64,000 bases of DNA. Origin: Candidatus Latescibacterota bacterium (GTDB taxonomy: Bacteria; Latescibacterota; UBA2968; UBA8231). Within the stretch, counting starts at the first letter, position 1. The number at the start of each line of letters is the position of its first letter. Shown one piece after another: positions 1 to 9,071 of this stretch. Made by a program: the position numbers and the translations under genes. A model generated the notes under the pieces. That model searched no databases and was not told the DNA's origin. It saw only the letters and a list, made by a program, of their open reading frames with translations. The stretch covers positions 1,184,001 to 1,248,000 of the forward strand of contig CBDCSU010000006.1 in assembly GCA_965221775.1 (NCBI GenBank), given 5' to 3'.

Positions 1-4
1 CGAG

Positions 5-1489
5 GTGCCCCTCGAGGGCTGCCTGGAGTACTCGCAGCCGATCCCGGCCGGCGGCTTCTGGTTCATGGACTCGCCGGGCAACGACCTGGAGTCGATCGCC
101 GGCCAGGTGGCCTCGGGCTGCAACGTGATCTACTTCGTCACCGGCAACGGCTCGATCACCAACTTCCCCTTCGTGCCGACGGTGAAGATCGTCACCACCA
201 CGCCGCGCTTCGATCTGCTCGAAGAGGACATGGACGTCAACGCCGGCGCCTACCAGGACGGCACGTCCATGGACGCCCTGGGACGGGCCCTCTTCGATCT
301 CACCCTCCAGATCTCCTGCGGGCGCCGCTCCAAGGGAGAGCAGGCGGGGCACTCCCAGGTGTCGATCTGGCGCGACTGGCCCCAGCGGGACACCCGCCGC
401 CTCGCCGAGCTGCAGTCGGCCCCTCCCCCCCCGGGGGGACCGCTGGCCCTCCGGTCCACGACGGCGCCGCCCGTCTCCTTCGAGGCCCTGGCCGCCGAGA
501 GCGGCGTCGCCGTCGACCGCGTCGGTCTCGTGCTGCCCACGAGCCTGTGCTCCGGCCAGGTGGCGCGCATGGCGGCGGAGCGCCTCAACGCGGCGGGCCT
601 GGGGTCCCCGGCGGGGATCTCCCGCTTCGCCGCCCTCGTCCACACCGAGGGCTGCGGCGTCTCGGGCGGGTCCAGCGAGGAGATCTACCGGCGGACGCTG
701 CTCGGGTACCTCACCCATCCGTCGGTGGCCCTCGCCCTGCTGCTGGAGCACGGCTGCGAGAAGACCCACAACGACTACATGCGCGCCGCCCTCGACGAGG
801 CGGGGATCGACGGCAGCCGCTACGGCTTCGCCAGCGTCCAGCTCGACGGCGGCATCGAGCGTGTCCTGGAGCGCGTCGAGGGGTGGTTCGCCGAGCGGCT
901 GGAAGGAGTCCCGGCGCCGCCGGCGGCGCCGGCCGGTCTCGCCGATCTGCGCCTGGGTCTGCTGGCAGCGGGATCGATCCCCGACGAGGCGGCGCGGGCC
1001 TTCGCGCAGCTGACGGGCTGGATCGCCGGCGCCGGCGGCACCGTCGTGGTGCCGGAGGGCGGCCTCGCCGGCGCCCCGGCCTACGCCGCCGCCCTCGGTC
1101 TGCCCGGAGCGCCGGCCCCCACCATCGCCCACGGTGAGAGACCCGCCCGGCCCGGCCTCCACGTGATGGAGGCGCCCATCGAACATTGGACCGAGTCTCT
1201 CTCGGGGTTGGGCGCCACCGGCGTGGAGATCCTCCTGGCCCACGCGGGAGAGCACCCCGTGCAGGGCCATCCGCTGGTCCCCCTGCTCCAGGTGAGCGCT
1301 GTCGAGGAGGTGATCTCGCGCTTCGGGGAAGATCTCGACGGCGCTCTCGAGGAGGGTGACACCCCCTGGGCGGAGGGTTTGCTGGAGCTGGTGCTCGAGG
1401 TGGCGGCGCGACAGCGGCACCCCCGGCTCTGGGAGCGCGGCGTCACCGACTTCCAGATCACCCGGGGCCTGCTGGGCGTGTCGATGTAG
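5..1489 (+). CDS. UxaA/GarD-family (altronate/galactarate dehydratase-like) protein, 5'-truncated by window edge
   Basis: Motifs MDSPGNDLESIAGQVASGCN...FVTGNG...VPTVKI and PTSLCS...HTEGCG...EHGCEK, typical of the GD_AH/UxaA family; frame is open at the window start. Confidence 0.8.
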   Translation: MPLEGCLEYSQPIPAGGFWFMDSPGNDLESIAGQVASGCNVIYFVTGNGSITNFPFVPTVKIVTTTPRFDLLEEDMDVNAGAYQDGTSMDALGRALFDLTLQISCGRRSKGEQAGHSQVSIWRDWPQRDTRRLAELQSAPPPPGGPLALRSTTAPPVSFEALAAESGVAVDRVGLVLPTSLCSGQVARMAAERLNAAGLGSPAGISRFAALVHTEGCGVSGGSSEEIYRRTLLGYLTHPSVALALLLEHGCEKTHNDYMRAALDEAGIDGSRYGFASVQLDGGIERVLERVEGWFAERLEGVPAPPAAPAGLADLRLGLLAAGSIPDEAARAFAQLTGWIAGAGGTVVVPEGGLAGAPAYAAALGLPGAPAPTIAHGERPARPGLHVMEAPIEHWTESLSGLGATGVEILLAHAGEHPVQGHPLVPLLQVSAVEEVISRFGEDLDGALEEGDTPWAEGLLELVLEVAARQRHPRLWERGVTDFQITRGLLGVSM

Positions 1490-1495
1490 AGCCCC

Positions 1496-2542
1496 TCAGA
1501 GGGCGGGCATCTCGACTCCGAGCTCGGCGGCGACACCGGCGATCTGCTCCCAGGTCGCGTCGGGGATCTCGAAGCCCTCGGCTCGCCTCCGGGCGCGGGT
1601 CTCCTCCTCGATCTCCCCCGGCGCATAGACCTGCGAGAAGCCGGGCAGGGGCCGGGCGGAGGTCACCCAGGCGGCCAGGGCCTCCACCTCCTCCACGTAG
1701 TCCTCGAGGGTGGTGAAGGCCGAGATGTCGATGGCCAGGACCATCACCCCGCCGCCGCCCTGCCCGTCCTGCCGGGTGCATCCCGCGTGGGAGAGGGGGC
1801 CCACCAGCATCTCCACCATCATCGCCAGGCCGGCTCCCTTGTGGCCGAACTGCAGGCCCCCCAGGGGCAGGACGGCGTTGTTGGCGGCGTCGCCGTGGTA
1901 GAGCGCGGCGTCGGTGACGTAGCCGCCGTCGCGGTCGATGACCCAGCCATCGGGCAGTGGATCGTTGCGCACGATCTTCTGCTCGATCTTGCCGCCGGCG
2001 ACGACGGTCATGGTCATGTCGAGCATGAAGGGCGCACCGTCGCGGCGCGGCGCCGAGAAGGCGATCGGTTCGGGCCTGAGACGGCGGTCGGCGCTGCCGT
2101 GGGGGGCCAGGAACAGCCCGCCGCCGTTGAGCCACACCATGCCGATCATTCCCTGCTCGGCGATGCGCGGCGGATAGTCGCCCAGGCGGCCGATGTGGGT
2201 CACCGAGTTCAGACCGACGAAGCCGAAGGTGGCGGCACGGGCCTTCGCCACCGCCAGGTCGACGGCGCGGGTGACGGCGACGATGCCGTTGGCCCCGCGG
2301 CCGTCGATGATCGTCAGGCAGGGGTTCTCGCGCACCACCTCGCGCTGTTCCCAGGGCACGTAGCCGCTGCGCATCTGCCGGGCGTACCCCGGCATGAACC
2401 AGGTGCCGTGCGAGTCGTGTCCCGCCAGATGGCTGTCGACGAGGTGGTCGGCCACGATGCGGGCGTCCTCCTGCGGGATCCCGGTGGCGGCGAAGATGTC
2501 GAAGGCGAGGGGGCGCAGGACTTCCTCGCGGACGATGGGCAT
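1496..2542 (-). CDS. Ldh_2 family (malate/L-lactate/sulfolactate-type) oxidoreductase
   Basis: GHDSHG, HIGRLG, LDMTMTVVAGGKI, GHKGAGL and PGEIE motifs; ATG at 2542 preceded by AAGGAG. Confidence 0.88.
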   Translation of the reverse strand: MPIVREEVLRPLAFDIFAATGIPQEDARIVADHLVDSHLAGHDSHGTWFMPGYARQMRSGYVPWEQREVVRENPCLTIIDGRGANGIVAVTRAVDLAVAKARAATFGFVGLNSVTHIGRLGDYPPRIAEQGMIGMVWLNGGGLFLAPHGSADRRLRPEPIAFSAPRRDGAPFMLDMTMTVVAGGKIEQKIVRNDPLPDGWVIDRDGGYVTDAALYHGDAANNAVLPLGGLQFGHKGAGLAMMVEMLVGPLSHAGCTRQDGQGGGGVMVLAIDISAFTTLEDYVEEVEALAAWVTSARPLPGFSQVYAPGEIEEETRARRRAEGFEIPDATWEQIAGVAAELGVEMPAL

Positions 2543-2577
2543 GCCGGACTCCTTCGGGCGCGGCTGGGGGGGGCTCT

Positions 2578-3687
2578 TCAGGCCGCCCGCCTCCGCGACA
2601 TCAGGTCGGCGAAGTAGCCGAAGAGGTGGTAGCTGTCGTGGGGGCCCGGGGAGGCTTCGGGGTGGCACTGGATGGAGAACACGGGCAGCTCGCGGTGGTG
2701 CATTCCCTCGACGCAGCCGTCGTTGAGGTTGCGCCGCGTGACCTCCAGGGCATGGGGCATGCTGTCGCCGCGGATGCCCCAGCCGTGGTTCTCCGAGGTG
2801 ATGAGGATGCGGCCGCTGTCACCCTCCTCGATGGGCTGGTTGGCCCCGCGGTGGCCGAACTTGAGCTTGTAGATCTCGGCGCCCAGGGCCAGGCCGAGGA
2901 TCTCGTGGCCCAGGCAGATGCCGAAGATGGGACGATCGGCGCGCTCCACGAGATCGCGGACGGTGTCGATGGCGTAGTGCAGGGGCCGCGGATCTCCGGG
3001 GCCGTTGGACAGGAAGATGCCGTCGGGCTCGCGGGCGAGGGCCTCGTCGGCGGTGGTGGTGGCGGGCACCACGGTGACCCGGCAGCCCTCGGCCACCAGA
3101 CGGCGGATGATGCTGCGCTTGATGCCGTAGTCGAAGGCGACGACGTGGAACCGCGGCGGGCCGTCGGGCTCGCAGTCGTACGGCTCGGCGCAGGTCACGC
3201 CGCGCACCAGGTCGACCCCGACGAGGCCCTCCCAGTCCCCGGCCTTGGCGGTGAGGCTCTTCGGGTCGAGATCACGCGTGCTGACCGCCGCGTTCATGGC
3301 GCCGTGGATCCGCACGCGGCGGGTCAGCTCCCGCGTATCGATGCCCTCGACGCCGACGACGCCATGCTCCTCCAGGTATTCCACCAGGCCGGAGGTGGCC
3401 CGGTGGTTGGACGGCCGCCGACAGCACGCCTTCATCAGGAAGGCGCGCACCTGAGGGCGGTCCGACTCGTCATCCTCGGGGTTGACCCCGTAGTTGCCGA
3501 TGTGAGGATAGGTCATGCACACCATCTGACCGGCGTACGAGGGATCGGTGAGGATCTCCTGGTACCCGGTCATGCTCGTGTTGAAGACCATCTCCCCGAA
3601 GACCTCTCCCTCGGCGCCGACGCCGGTTCCGAAGAAGGTCGTCCCGTCGGCGAGAGCGACGAGGGCGGGCGTGTTCTTGCGAGTCAT
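2578..3687 (-). CDS. carA: carbamoyl-phosphate synthase small subunit
   Basis: GEMVFNTSMTGYQEILTDPSY, LSNGPGDP, GICLGHE, HPEASPGPHD. Confidence 0.97.
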   Translation of the reverse strand: MTRKNTPALVALADGTTFFGTGVGAEGEVFGEMVFNTSMTGYQEILTDPSYAGQMVCMTYPHIGNYGVNPEDDESDRPQVRAFLMKACCRRPSNHRATSGLVEYLEEHGVVGVEGIDTRELTRRVRIHGAMNAAVSTRDLDPKSLTAKAGDWEGLVGVDLVRGVTCAEPYDCEPDGPPRFHVVAFDYGIKRSIIRRLVAEGCRVTVVPATTTADEALAREPDGIFLSNGPGDPRPLHYAIDTVRDLVERADRPIFGICLGHEILGLALGAEIYKLKFGHRGANQPIEEGDSGRILITSENHGWGIRGDSMPHALEVTRRNLNDGCVEGMHHRELPVFSIQCHPEASPGPHDSYHLFGYFADLMSRRRAA

Positions 3688-3704
3688 GGGGGGTCAATAT
3701 AACA

Positions 3705-3740
3705 AGAAGAGGAGCTCCCGGGGTCGGGAACTCCTCTTCT
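3705..3740 (-). terminator. intrinsic terminator-like hairpin downstream of the SWIB gene
   Basis: 16-bp stem AGAAGAGGAGCTCCCG / CGGGAACTCCTCTTCT with 4-nt loop; the single mismatch is a G-U pair on the minus strand; followed by TGTTATATT on the minus strand. Confidence 0.7.
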
Positions 3741-3772
3741 CGATCGAGTGCGGCCTGCCGAATGACCGCGGG

Positions 3773-4264
3773 TCAGGAGAGATGCTGACTCACGAGCTTG
3801 GTCATCTCGAACATGCTGACCTGCTTCTTGCCGCCGAACAGATCCTTGAGCTTGTCGTCGGCATTGATCATCCGCTTGTTCTGACTGTCCTGCAGGTTGT
3901 TTCTCTTGATGTAGCGCCAGAGCTTCTTCACGACCTCTGTCCGAGGCAGCGCCTTGGTTCCCACCACGGGGGCCAGAGCCGCGTCGGGAGTCAGCGGTCT
4001 CATGAACTCGGCGGGCGGCTTCCTCTTCGCCCTCTTCTTAGCGGCTTTTTTTTTTGCTTTCTTCTTGGCCGATTTCTTCTTCGCCGCCTTCTTCCTGGTC
4101 GCCTTCTTCTTCGACGCCTTCTTCTTGGCGGCCTTCTTCTTGGCCGCCTTCTTCGGTGCGGCCTTCCTGGCCGCCTTCTTCCTGGCGGCCTTCTTCTTCG
4201 CCGCCTTCTTCGGTGCGGCCTTCTTCTTCGCCGCTTTCTTCCTGGTGGCCTTGCGCTTCGCCAT
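3773..4264 (-). CDS. SWIB/MDM2-domain protein with histone H1-like Lys/Ala-rich N-terminal tail
   Basis: About 80 aa of KKAA/KKKA repeats, then the SWIB motif LAPVVG..LPRTEVVKKLWRYIKRNNLQD..NKRMINADDKLKDLFGGKKQVSMFEMTKLVSQHL. Confidence 0.93.
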   Translation of the reverse strand: MAKRKATRKKAAKKKAAPKKAAKKKAARKKAARKAAPKKAAKKKAAKKKASKKKATRKKAAKKKSAKKKAKKKAAKKRAKRKPPAEFMRPLTPDAALAPVVGTKALPRTEVVKKLWRYIKRNNLQDSQNKRMINADDKLKDLFGGKKQVSMFEMTKLVSQHLS

Positions 4265-4534
4265 CTGCTCTCTCCTTATGTGCGCGTGGAGCGGCTCTGC
4301 CGCCTCGCCTGTCGTTGTGCCCGTCGGAAGAAACTCCCCCCACTCCTGCTATGGGCACAAGTCACAATTCGGGCAAAGATAGCCAGAGCGTTTCGAGTCC
4401 GTCAAGGGAGAATTGGTATTGCGTACAGAGGGGAATCGCCCTCTGTACGGGGCGATTCCCCTTGCAGCGCGAGTCGTGGGATGGGTACTTTCTGCGGGTC
4501 TTCCATTCATCGCCCACTTGAACAGGGAGTCCCC

Positions 4535-5347
4535 GTGACGCCAAGCTCGTCAGAGCCCACCATTGCAGTGATCGGCGCGGGCCATCTCGGAGGCTGCCTC
4601 ATCTCGGGTCTGCTGGATTCCGGTTTGTCCGCCCATCGAATGACGGCGGTCGATCTGCTCCACGACCTGCTCGCCCCTCTCGCTCAGCGCGGCCTGTCGA
4701 CCTCCAACGACGTGAGCGCCGTCTCCACGAGCGATGTCGTCTTCATCGCCGTCAAGCCGCAAGTCGCCCGCCAGGTCCTGCGGTCTCTCGCCCCCCACCT
4801 GTCGCCGGAGCAACTCGTCGTCTCGGCCATGGCCGGCGTAACCACCTCCGCCATCGAGGATCTCCTGCCGCCTTCCCAGGCCGTGGTGCGCGTCATGCCG
4901 CAGACGCTGGTACGACTCCGTGCCGGCGCAACCGCTTGCTGCGCCGGGAGCCACGCCGGCCCGGCGGCGGTTGCCGCGGTGCGAGACCTCTTCGGCCGGC
5001 TGGGTACCACGGTGGAGGTCCACGAGTCGCAGATGGACGCCGTCACCGGACTGTCGGGCAGCGGCCCCGCCTACATCTACACGGTGATCGAAGCCCTCGC
5101 CGACGGAGGCGTGGAGGCCGGGCTGGCGCCGGAGGTGGCCATGGCCCTCGCGGCGCAGACCGTGAACGGTGCGGCGCGCATGGTCCAGGAAGGCGTGGCC
5201 TCTCCGGCTGCGCTGCGGGACCAGGTGACCTCCCCCGGCGGCACCACCCTCGCGGGACTGGCGGCCCTGGAGGAAGGCGGCTTGCGCCAGGCCCTGGCAG
5301 CCGCCGTGGCCGCCGCCTCGAAGCGCGCCAAGGAACTGGGAAGCTGA
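4535..5347 (+). CDS. proC: pyrroline-5-carboxylate reductase
   Basis: IGAGHLG, AVKPQ, TGLSGSGPAY, VTSPGGTT; GTG start at 4535 after GGGAG (start inferred). Confidence 0.93.
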   Translation: MTPSSSEPTIAVIGAGHLGGCLISGLLDSGLSAHRMTAVDLLHDLLAPLAQRGLSTSNDVSAVSTSDVVFIAVKPQVARQVLRSLAPHLSPEQLVVSAMAGVTTSAIEDLLPPSQAVVRVMPQTLVRLRAGATACCAGSHAGPAAVAAVRDLFGRLGTTVEVHESQMDAVTGLSGSGPAYIYTVIEALADGGVEAGLAPEVAMALAAQTVNGAARMVQEGVASPAALRDQVTSPGGTTLAGLAALEEGGLRQALAAAVAAASKRAKELGS

Positions 5348-5350
5348 GTC

Positions 5351-5953
5351 GTGATCGCCATCGCCGACTACGGCATGGGCAACCTGCGCAGCGTGGAGAA
5401 GGCTTTCCAGTTCCTCGGTCACGAGGCCGCCATCGTCGAGGATCCGGCCCTCGCGCGCCACGCAACGCATCTCGTGCTTCCGGGTGACGCCGCCTTCGGC
5501 GACGCCATGCGCAACCTGCGCGCCTCCGGGTGGGACCAGGCGATCGCCGATCACTTGCGGGGGGGCCGGCCCTTCCTCGGGATCTGCGTCGGCCTGCAGC
5601 TGATGTTCGCAGCCAGCGAGGAGATGGGGCACCACACCGGCCTGGAGTTGTTCGCCGGCCGCTGCCGCCGGTTTCCGGCGTCGGAGCGAGTGCCCCAGAT
5701 CGGCTGGAACCAGATCTCCATCCAGCGGCAGTGCCCGCTCCTGGAAGGCGTCGAGGAAGGCAGCTTCTTCTACTTCGTCCACTCCTACTACGTTGACGCC
5801 GAGGAGGAGAGCGAGTCGGTGGCGACCACCGAGTACGGCCTCGAGTACACCTCGATCGCCGCCCGCGGCAACCTCTTCGGCGTGCAGTTCCATCCGGAGA
5901 AGAGCCAGAGGGTGGGACTGCGCCTGCTGGCCAACTTCGCCGCTTTCCAGTAG
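5351..5953 (+). CDS. hisH: imidazole glycerol phosphate synthase glutamine amidotransferase subunit
   Basis: DYGMGNLRSV, GICVGLQ, YFVHSYY, QFHPEKS. Confidence 0.96.
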   Translation: MIAIADYGMGNLRSVEKAFQFLGHEAAIVEDPALARHATHLVLPGDAAFGDAMRNLRASGWDQAIADHLRGGRPFLGICVGLQLMFAASEEMGHHTGLELFAGRCRRFPASERVPQIGWNQISIQRQCPLLEGVEEGSFFYFVHSYYVDAEEESESVATTEYGLEYTSIAARGNLFGVQFHPEKSQRVGLRLLANFAAFQ

Positions 5954-5971
5954 GTCGGCTGCATCGTAGCC

Positions 5972-6754
5972 ATGCTGGCCAAGCGCATCATCCCCTGCCT
6001 CGACGTAAAGGACGGGCGCAACGTGCGCGGCGTCCGCTTCTCCGCCGACCGCGACGCCGGCGATCCGGTGGAGCTGGCCTCGCGCTACGACCGCGAGGGC
6101 GCCGACGAGCTGGTGTTCTACGACATCACCGCCTCCGCCGACGGCAGGGCGATCGTGATGGACCTGGTGCGGCAGGTGTCGGAGCAGGTCTTCATCCCCC
6201 TCACCGTGGGCGGCGGAATCCGTACCTTCGAGGATGTGCGCGCCATTCTCAAAGGCAGCGCCGACAAAGTCTCCATCAACTCCGCCGCCGTGAGGGACCC
6301 GGAGATCGTCAACCGTTCCGCCGAGAGCTTCGGCAGCCAGTGCATCGTCGGCGCCATCGACGCCCTGCGGCGGCCCCCGGCCGACGGCAACGGGCCGAGT
6401 TGGGAGATCTACGTCGACGGCGGGCGCACGGCGACCGGGATCGACGCCCTCGAATGGGTGACGGAGCTGGTCGAACGGGGCGCCGGCGAGCTGGTCCTCA
6501 ACAGCATCGACGCCGACGGCACGAGAGACGGCTACGACCTGGCCCTCAACCAGGCGGTGGCCCGACGCGTGGGCGTCCCCATCGTCGCCTCCGGGGGCGC
6601 CGGCACGCTGGAGCACATCCACGAGGTGCTCACCGAGGGACAGGCGAGCGCCGCCCTGGCGGCGTCGATCTTCCACTTCGAGGTCTACACCATTCCGCAG
6701 GTGAAGGAATACCTCGCCGAACGCGGCGTCACCGTGCGCCACTACGAGACGTGA
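5972..6754 (+). CDS. hisF: imidazole glycerol phosphate synthase cyclase subunit
   Basis: [39 protein letters not shown]. Confidence 0.97.
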   Translation: MLAKRIIPCLDVKDGRNVRGVRFSADRDAGDPVELASRYDREGADELVFYDITASADGRAIVMDLVRQVSEQVFIPLTVGGGIRTFEDVRAILKGSADKVSINSAAVRDPEIVNRSAESFGSQCIVGAIDALRRPPADGNGPSWEIYVDGGRTATGIDALEWVTELVERGAGELVLNSIDADGTRDGYDLALNQAVARRVGVPIVASGGAGTLEHIHEVLTEGQASAALAASIFHFEVYTIPQVKEYLAERGVTVRHYET

Positions 6755-7893
6755 ACCACGCACCCGAGACCCGGCCGCGGGCCCGGCGCATGTCCGGCGT
6801 GCGCCGCGTGGTCGTCAAGATCGGCTCCACCAGCGTCGCCGGAGAGGCCAACCAGCTGCACCGGCCCACCGTGCGCCGGCTGGTGCGCGAGGTCTGCGGC
6901 CTCAGGGAGCGCGGCCTCGAGGTGGCCGTCGTCTCCTCGGGAGCGGTGGCCGCGGGCATGGGCCGCCTGGGACTGAGCGAGCGCCCCCGGTCGATCGCCG
7001 ATCTACAGGCGGTGGCCGCCGTCGGCCAGAACCTGCTGGTCACCACCTACGAGAGCCTCTTCGCCCGCCGCGGCGTTGCCGTGGGGCAGGTCCTGCTGAC
7101 GGCGGGGGACATACTCGAGGACCGGCAGCGCTACGTGAACCTGCGCAACACCTTCCGGCAGCTCTTCGCCCTCGGCGCGGTGCCGCTGATCAACGAGAAC
7201 GACTCCGTGGGCGTGGCCGAGCTCAAGCGCTCCCTGGGCGACAACGACATGCTCGCCGCGTACGTGGCCAACCTGGTCCACGCCGAGCTGCTGGTCATCC
7301 TCTCCGACGTGGAGGGGCTCTACCGCCGCTACGCCAACGGCCGCGGCGACGAGTTGCTGCGCGAGATCTCCCCCGAAGACGACGTGAGCCGCTCGGTGAG
7401 CCGCGCCGCCAACCGGCTGGGGCGCGGCGGCATGGCGACCAAGGTGAGGGCGGCGCAGCTGCTGATGGCGTGCGGCGAGATGACGGTCATCGCCCACGCC
7501 CGCAAGCACGGCCTGGGGGAGATCCTCGACGGCGGCGAGGTGGGCACGCTCTTCGTGCCCGCGGGACGGCGCATGGGCAGCCGCAAGCGCTGGATCGGCT
7601 TCGCCTCCCCGCCGCGGGGGAGCGTCACCGTCGACGCCGGCGCCGTGGCCGCCCTCAAGCTGCGCGGCGGCAGCCTGCTGCCGGCGGGAGTCACCGCCTG
7701 CTCCGGGACCTTCCGCGCCGGCGACGTGGTGCGCGTCGAGGACGACCAGGGCCGCGAGGTGGCCCGCGGCATGAGCCGCTACGGGGCGGGGGAGGTGGGC
7801 CGCATCCTCGGACGCAGCTCGCCCGAGGTGGCCAGCATCCTCGGACAGCCGCCCCTCGAAGTGATCCACCGCGACGACCTGGTGCTCACCTGA
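6751..7893 (+). CDS. proB: glutamate 5-kinase with PUA domain
   Basis: [35 protein letters not shown] and a C-terminal PUA domain; start GTG 6751 or ATG 6790. Confidence 0.95.
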   Translation: MNHAPETRPRARRMSGVRRVVVKIGSTSVAGEANQLHRPTVRRLVREVCGLRERGLEVAVVSSGAVAAGMGRLGLSERPRSIADLQAVAAVGQNLLVTTYESLFARRGVAVGQVLLTAGDILEDRQRYVNLRNTFRQLFALGAVPLINENDSVGVAELKRSLGDNDMLAAYVANLVHAELLVILSDVEGLYRRYANGRGDELLREISPEDDVSRSVSRAANRLGRGGMATKVRAAQLLMACGEMTVIAHARKHGLGEILDGGEVGTLFVPAGRRMGSRKRWIGFASPPRGSVTVDAGAVAALKLRGGSLLPAGVTACSGTFRAGDVVRVEDDQGREVARGMSRYGAGEVGRILGRSSPEVASILGQPPLEVIHRDDLVLT

Positions 7894-8249
7894 TGGCCAA
7901 GCGGACCCCCGCCGACCCGCCGGCGACCGACCCCCTGGCCAGCGAACCGCCGAGGGTGCGGCCGTGGACGGTGGCCGCCGTCCTCCTCGCGGCCGCCGCC
8001 TGGGGCTACCTGATCTTCGGCGAGGAGGGCGGCTGGGTGGAGCTGCAGGACCACGGCGCGCGCCTGGCCGAGCTGGAGGCGGAAGTGGCCCGCCTGGAGG
8101 CGCAGAACGACAGCATGCGGCAGGTTCTCCACCGGCTGGAGAACGACCCCGCGTTCCTCGAAAAGCTGGCGCGCGAGCAGTTCGGCATGTCCAGGCCCGG
8201 AGAGCGGCTGTACCGCATCCGTGGACCGGACGGTTCCGGCGGCCAGTAG
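7893..8249 (+). CDS. ftsB: septum formation initiator FtsB/DivIC family protein
   Basis: TM helix, coiled coil, LEKLAREQFGMSRPGE motif; TGATG coupling to proB. Confidence 0.85.
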   Translation: MAKRTPADPPATDPLASEPPRVRPWTVAAVLLAAAAWGYLIFGEEGGWVELQDHGARLAELEAEVARLEAQNDSMRQVLHRLENDPAFLEKLAREQFGMSRPGERLYRIRGPDGSGGQ

Positions 8250-8258
8250 CGGCGGCGC

Positions 8259-9071
8259 TTGGCACGCATCCAGGCCAGGACCGACGCGGTGGTCCTGCGC
8301 ACCCGGCGGCAAGGAGAGACGAACAAGCTCGTCACCCTCTTCACCGAGGACCACGGCAAGGTCAGGGTGATGGCCAACGGCGCCCGGCGGCCGAAGAGCC
8401 GCTTCGCCGGCTGCCTGGAGGTCGGATGGTCGGTGCACATCGCCTGCTCCATGCGCGACGACCGCGACCTGCACACCCTCTCCGAGGCCGAGCTGGTCCG
8501 CTCCCGTCCGGCCCTGGTAGCCGACCTGCGGCGCCTGTCGTACGCCGCCGCCGCCTGCGAGATCGTCGACCGCCTGACGATCGAGCACGAGGCGAGCCGG
8601 CGCCTGTTCCGCTGTCTCACGGGGGTCCTCGGCGGTCTCGAGGAGGTGGAGGAACCGCAGCTCGAGTCGCTGTTCTGGTATTACCAGCTGCGCGTTGCCG
8701 AGGCCCTCGGATACCGGCCGGAGCTGGGGGTCTGCGTCGTCTGCGGCTCAGCGCCCGGGGGCGGGCCCGGCTGGTTCAGCCCCGCCCTCGGCGGCGGCCT
8801 GTGCCGTGACTGCGGACGGTCCGGCGCCGGCGGCGACCGTGCGGGGTCCGGCGACTTCGGCGGCGCCCGCCGGGTCGCCGGCGACAGCATGCGGCTGCTG
8901 GCGCAGCTGCAGGGGCTGCGCGCCTACACGCGCGAGGCGATCCCGCCGGCGCCCGCGGCTCTCACCGGCGAGATCCGCGGTCTGCTGCGCAGCTTTCTCG
9001 AGTACCACGCGGGGACGAGGGGCCGCCTGCGGTCCCTGGAGTTCCTCGACAGACTGAAGGGAAGGGGTTGA
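8259..9071 (+). CDS. recO: DNA repair protein RecO
   Basis: AVVLR..GETNKLVTLFTEDHGKV...GARRPKSRF; CxxC...CxxC zinc finger. Confidence 0.93.
   Translation: MARIQARTDAVVLRTRRQGETNKLVTLFTEDHGKVRVMANGARRPKSRFAGCLEVGWSVHIACSMRDDRDLHTLSEAELVRSRPALVADLRRLSYAAAACEIVDRLTIEHEASRRLFRCLTGVLGGLEEVEEPQLESLFWYYQLRVAEALGYRPELGVCVVCGSAPGGGPGWFSPALGGGLCRDCGRSGAGGDRAGSGDFGGARRVAGDSMRLLAQLQGLRAYTREAIPPAPAALTGEIRGLLRSFLEYHAGTRGRLRSLEFLDRLKGRG

Noticed and set aside
2578-3687. carA without adjacent carB
   Set aside because: Split carA/carB is common in many bacteria; not notable
4020-4260. Tandem GCCTTCTTC-type repeats as a possible CRISPR or VNTR
   Set aside because: They are the Lys/Ala codons of the SWIB protein tail; no repeat-spacer structure and no cas genes
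3548-4534. N-terminal extensions of ORF-track calls (proC from 3548, tig 10389, clpX 12292, engB 12690, DptH-like 28080, etc.)
   Set aside because: Extensions overlap other genes or the tRNA; homology begins at the downstream starts used here
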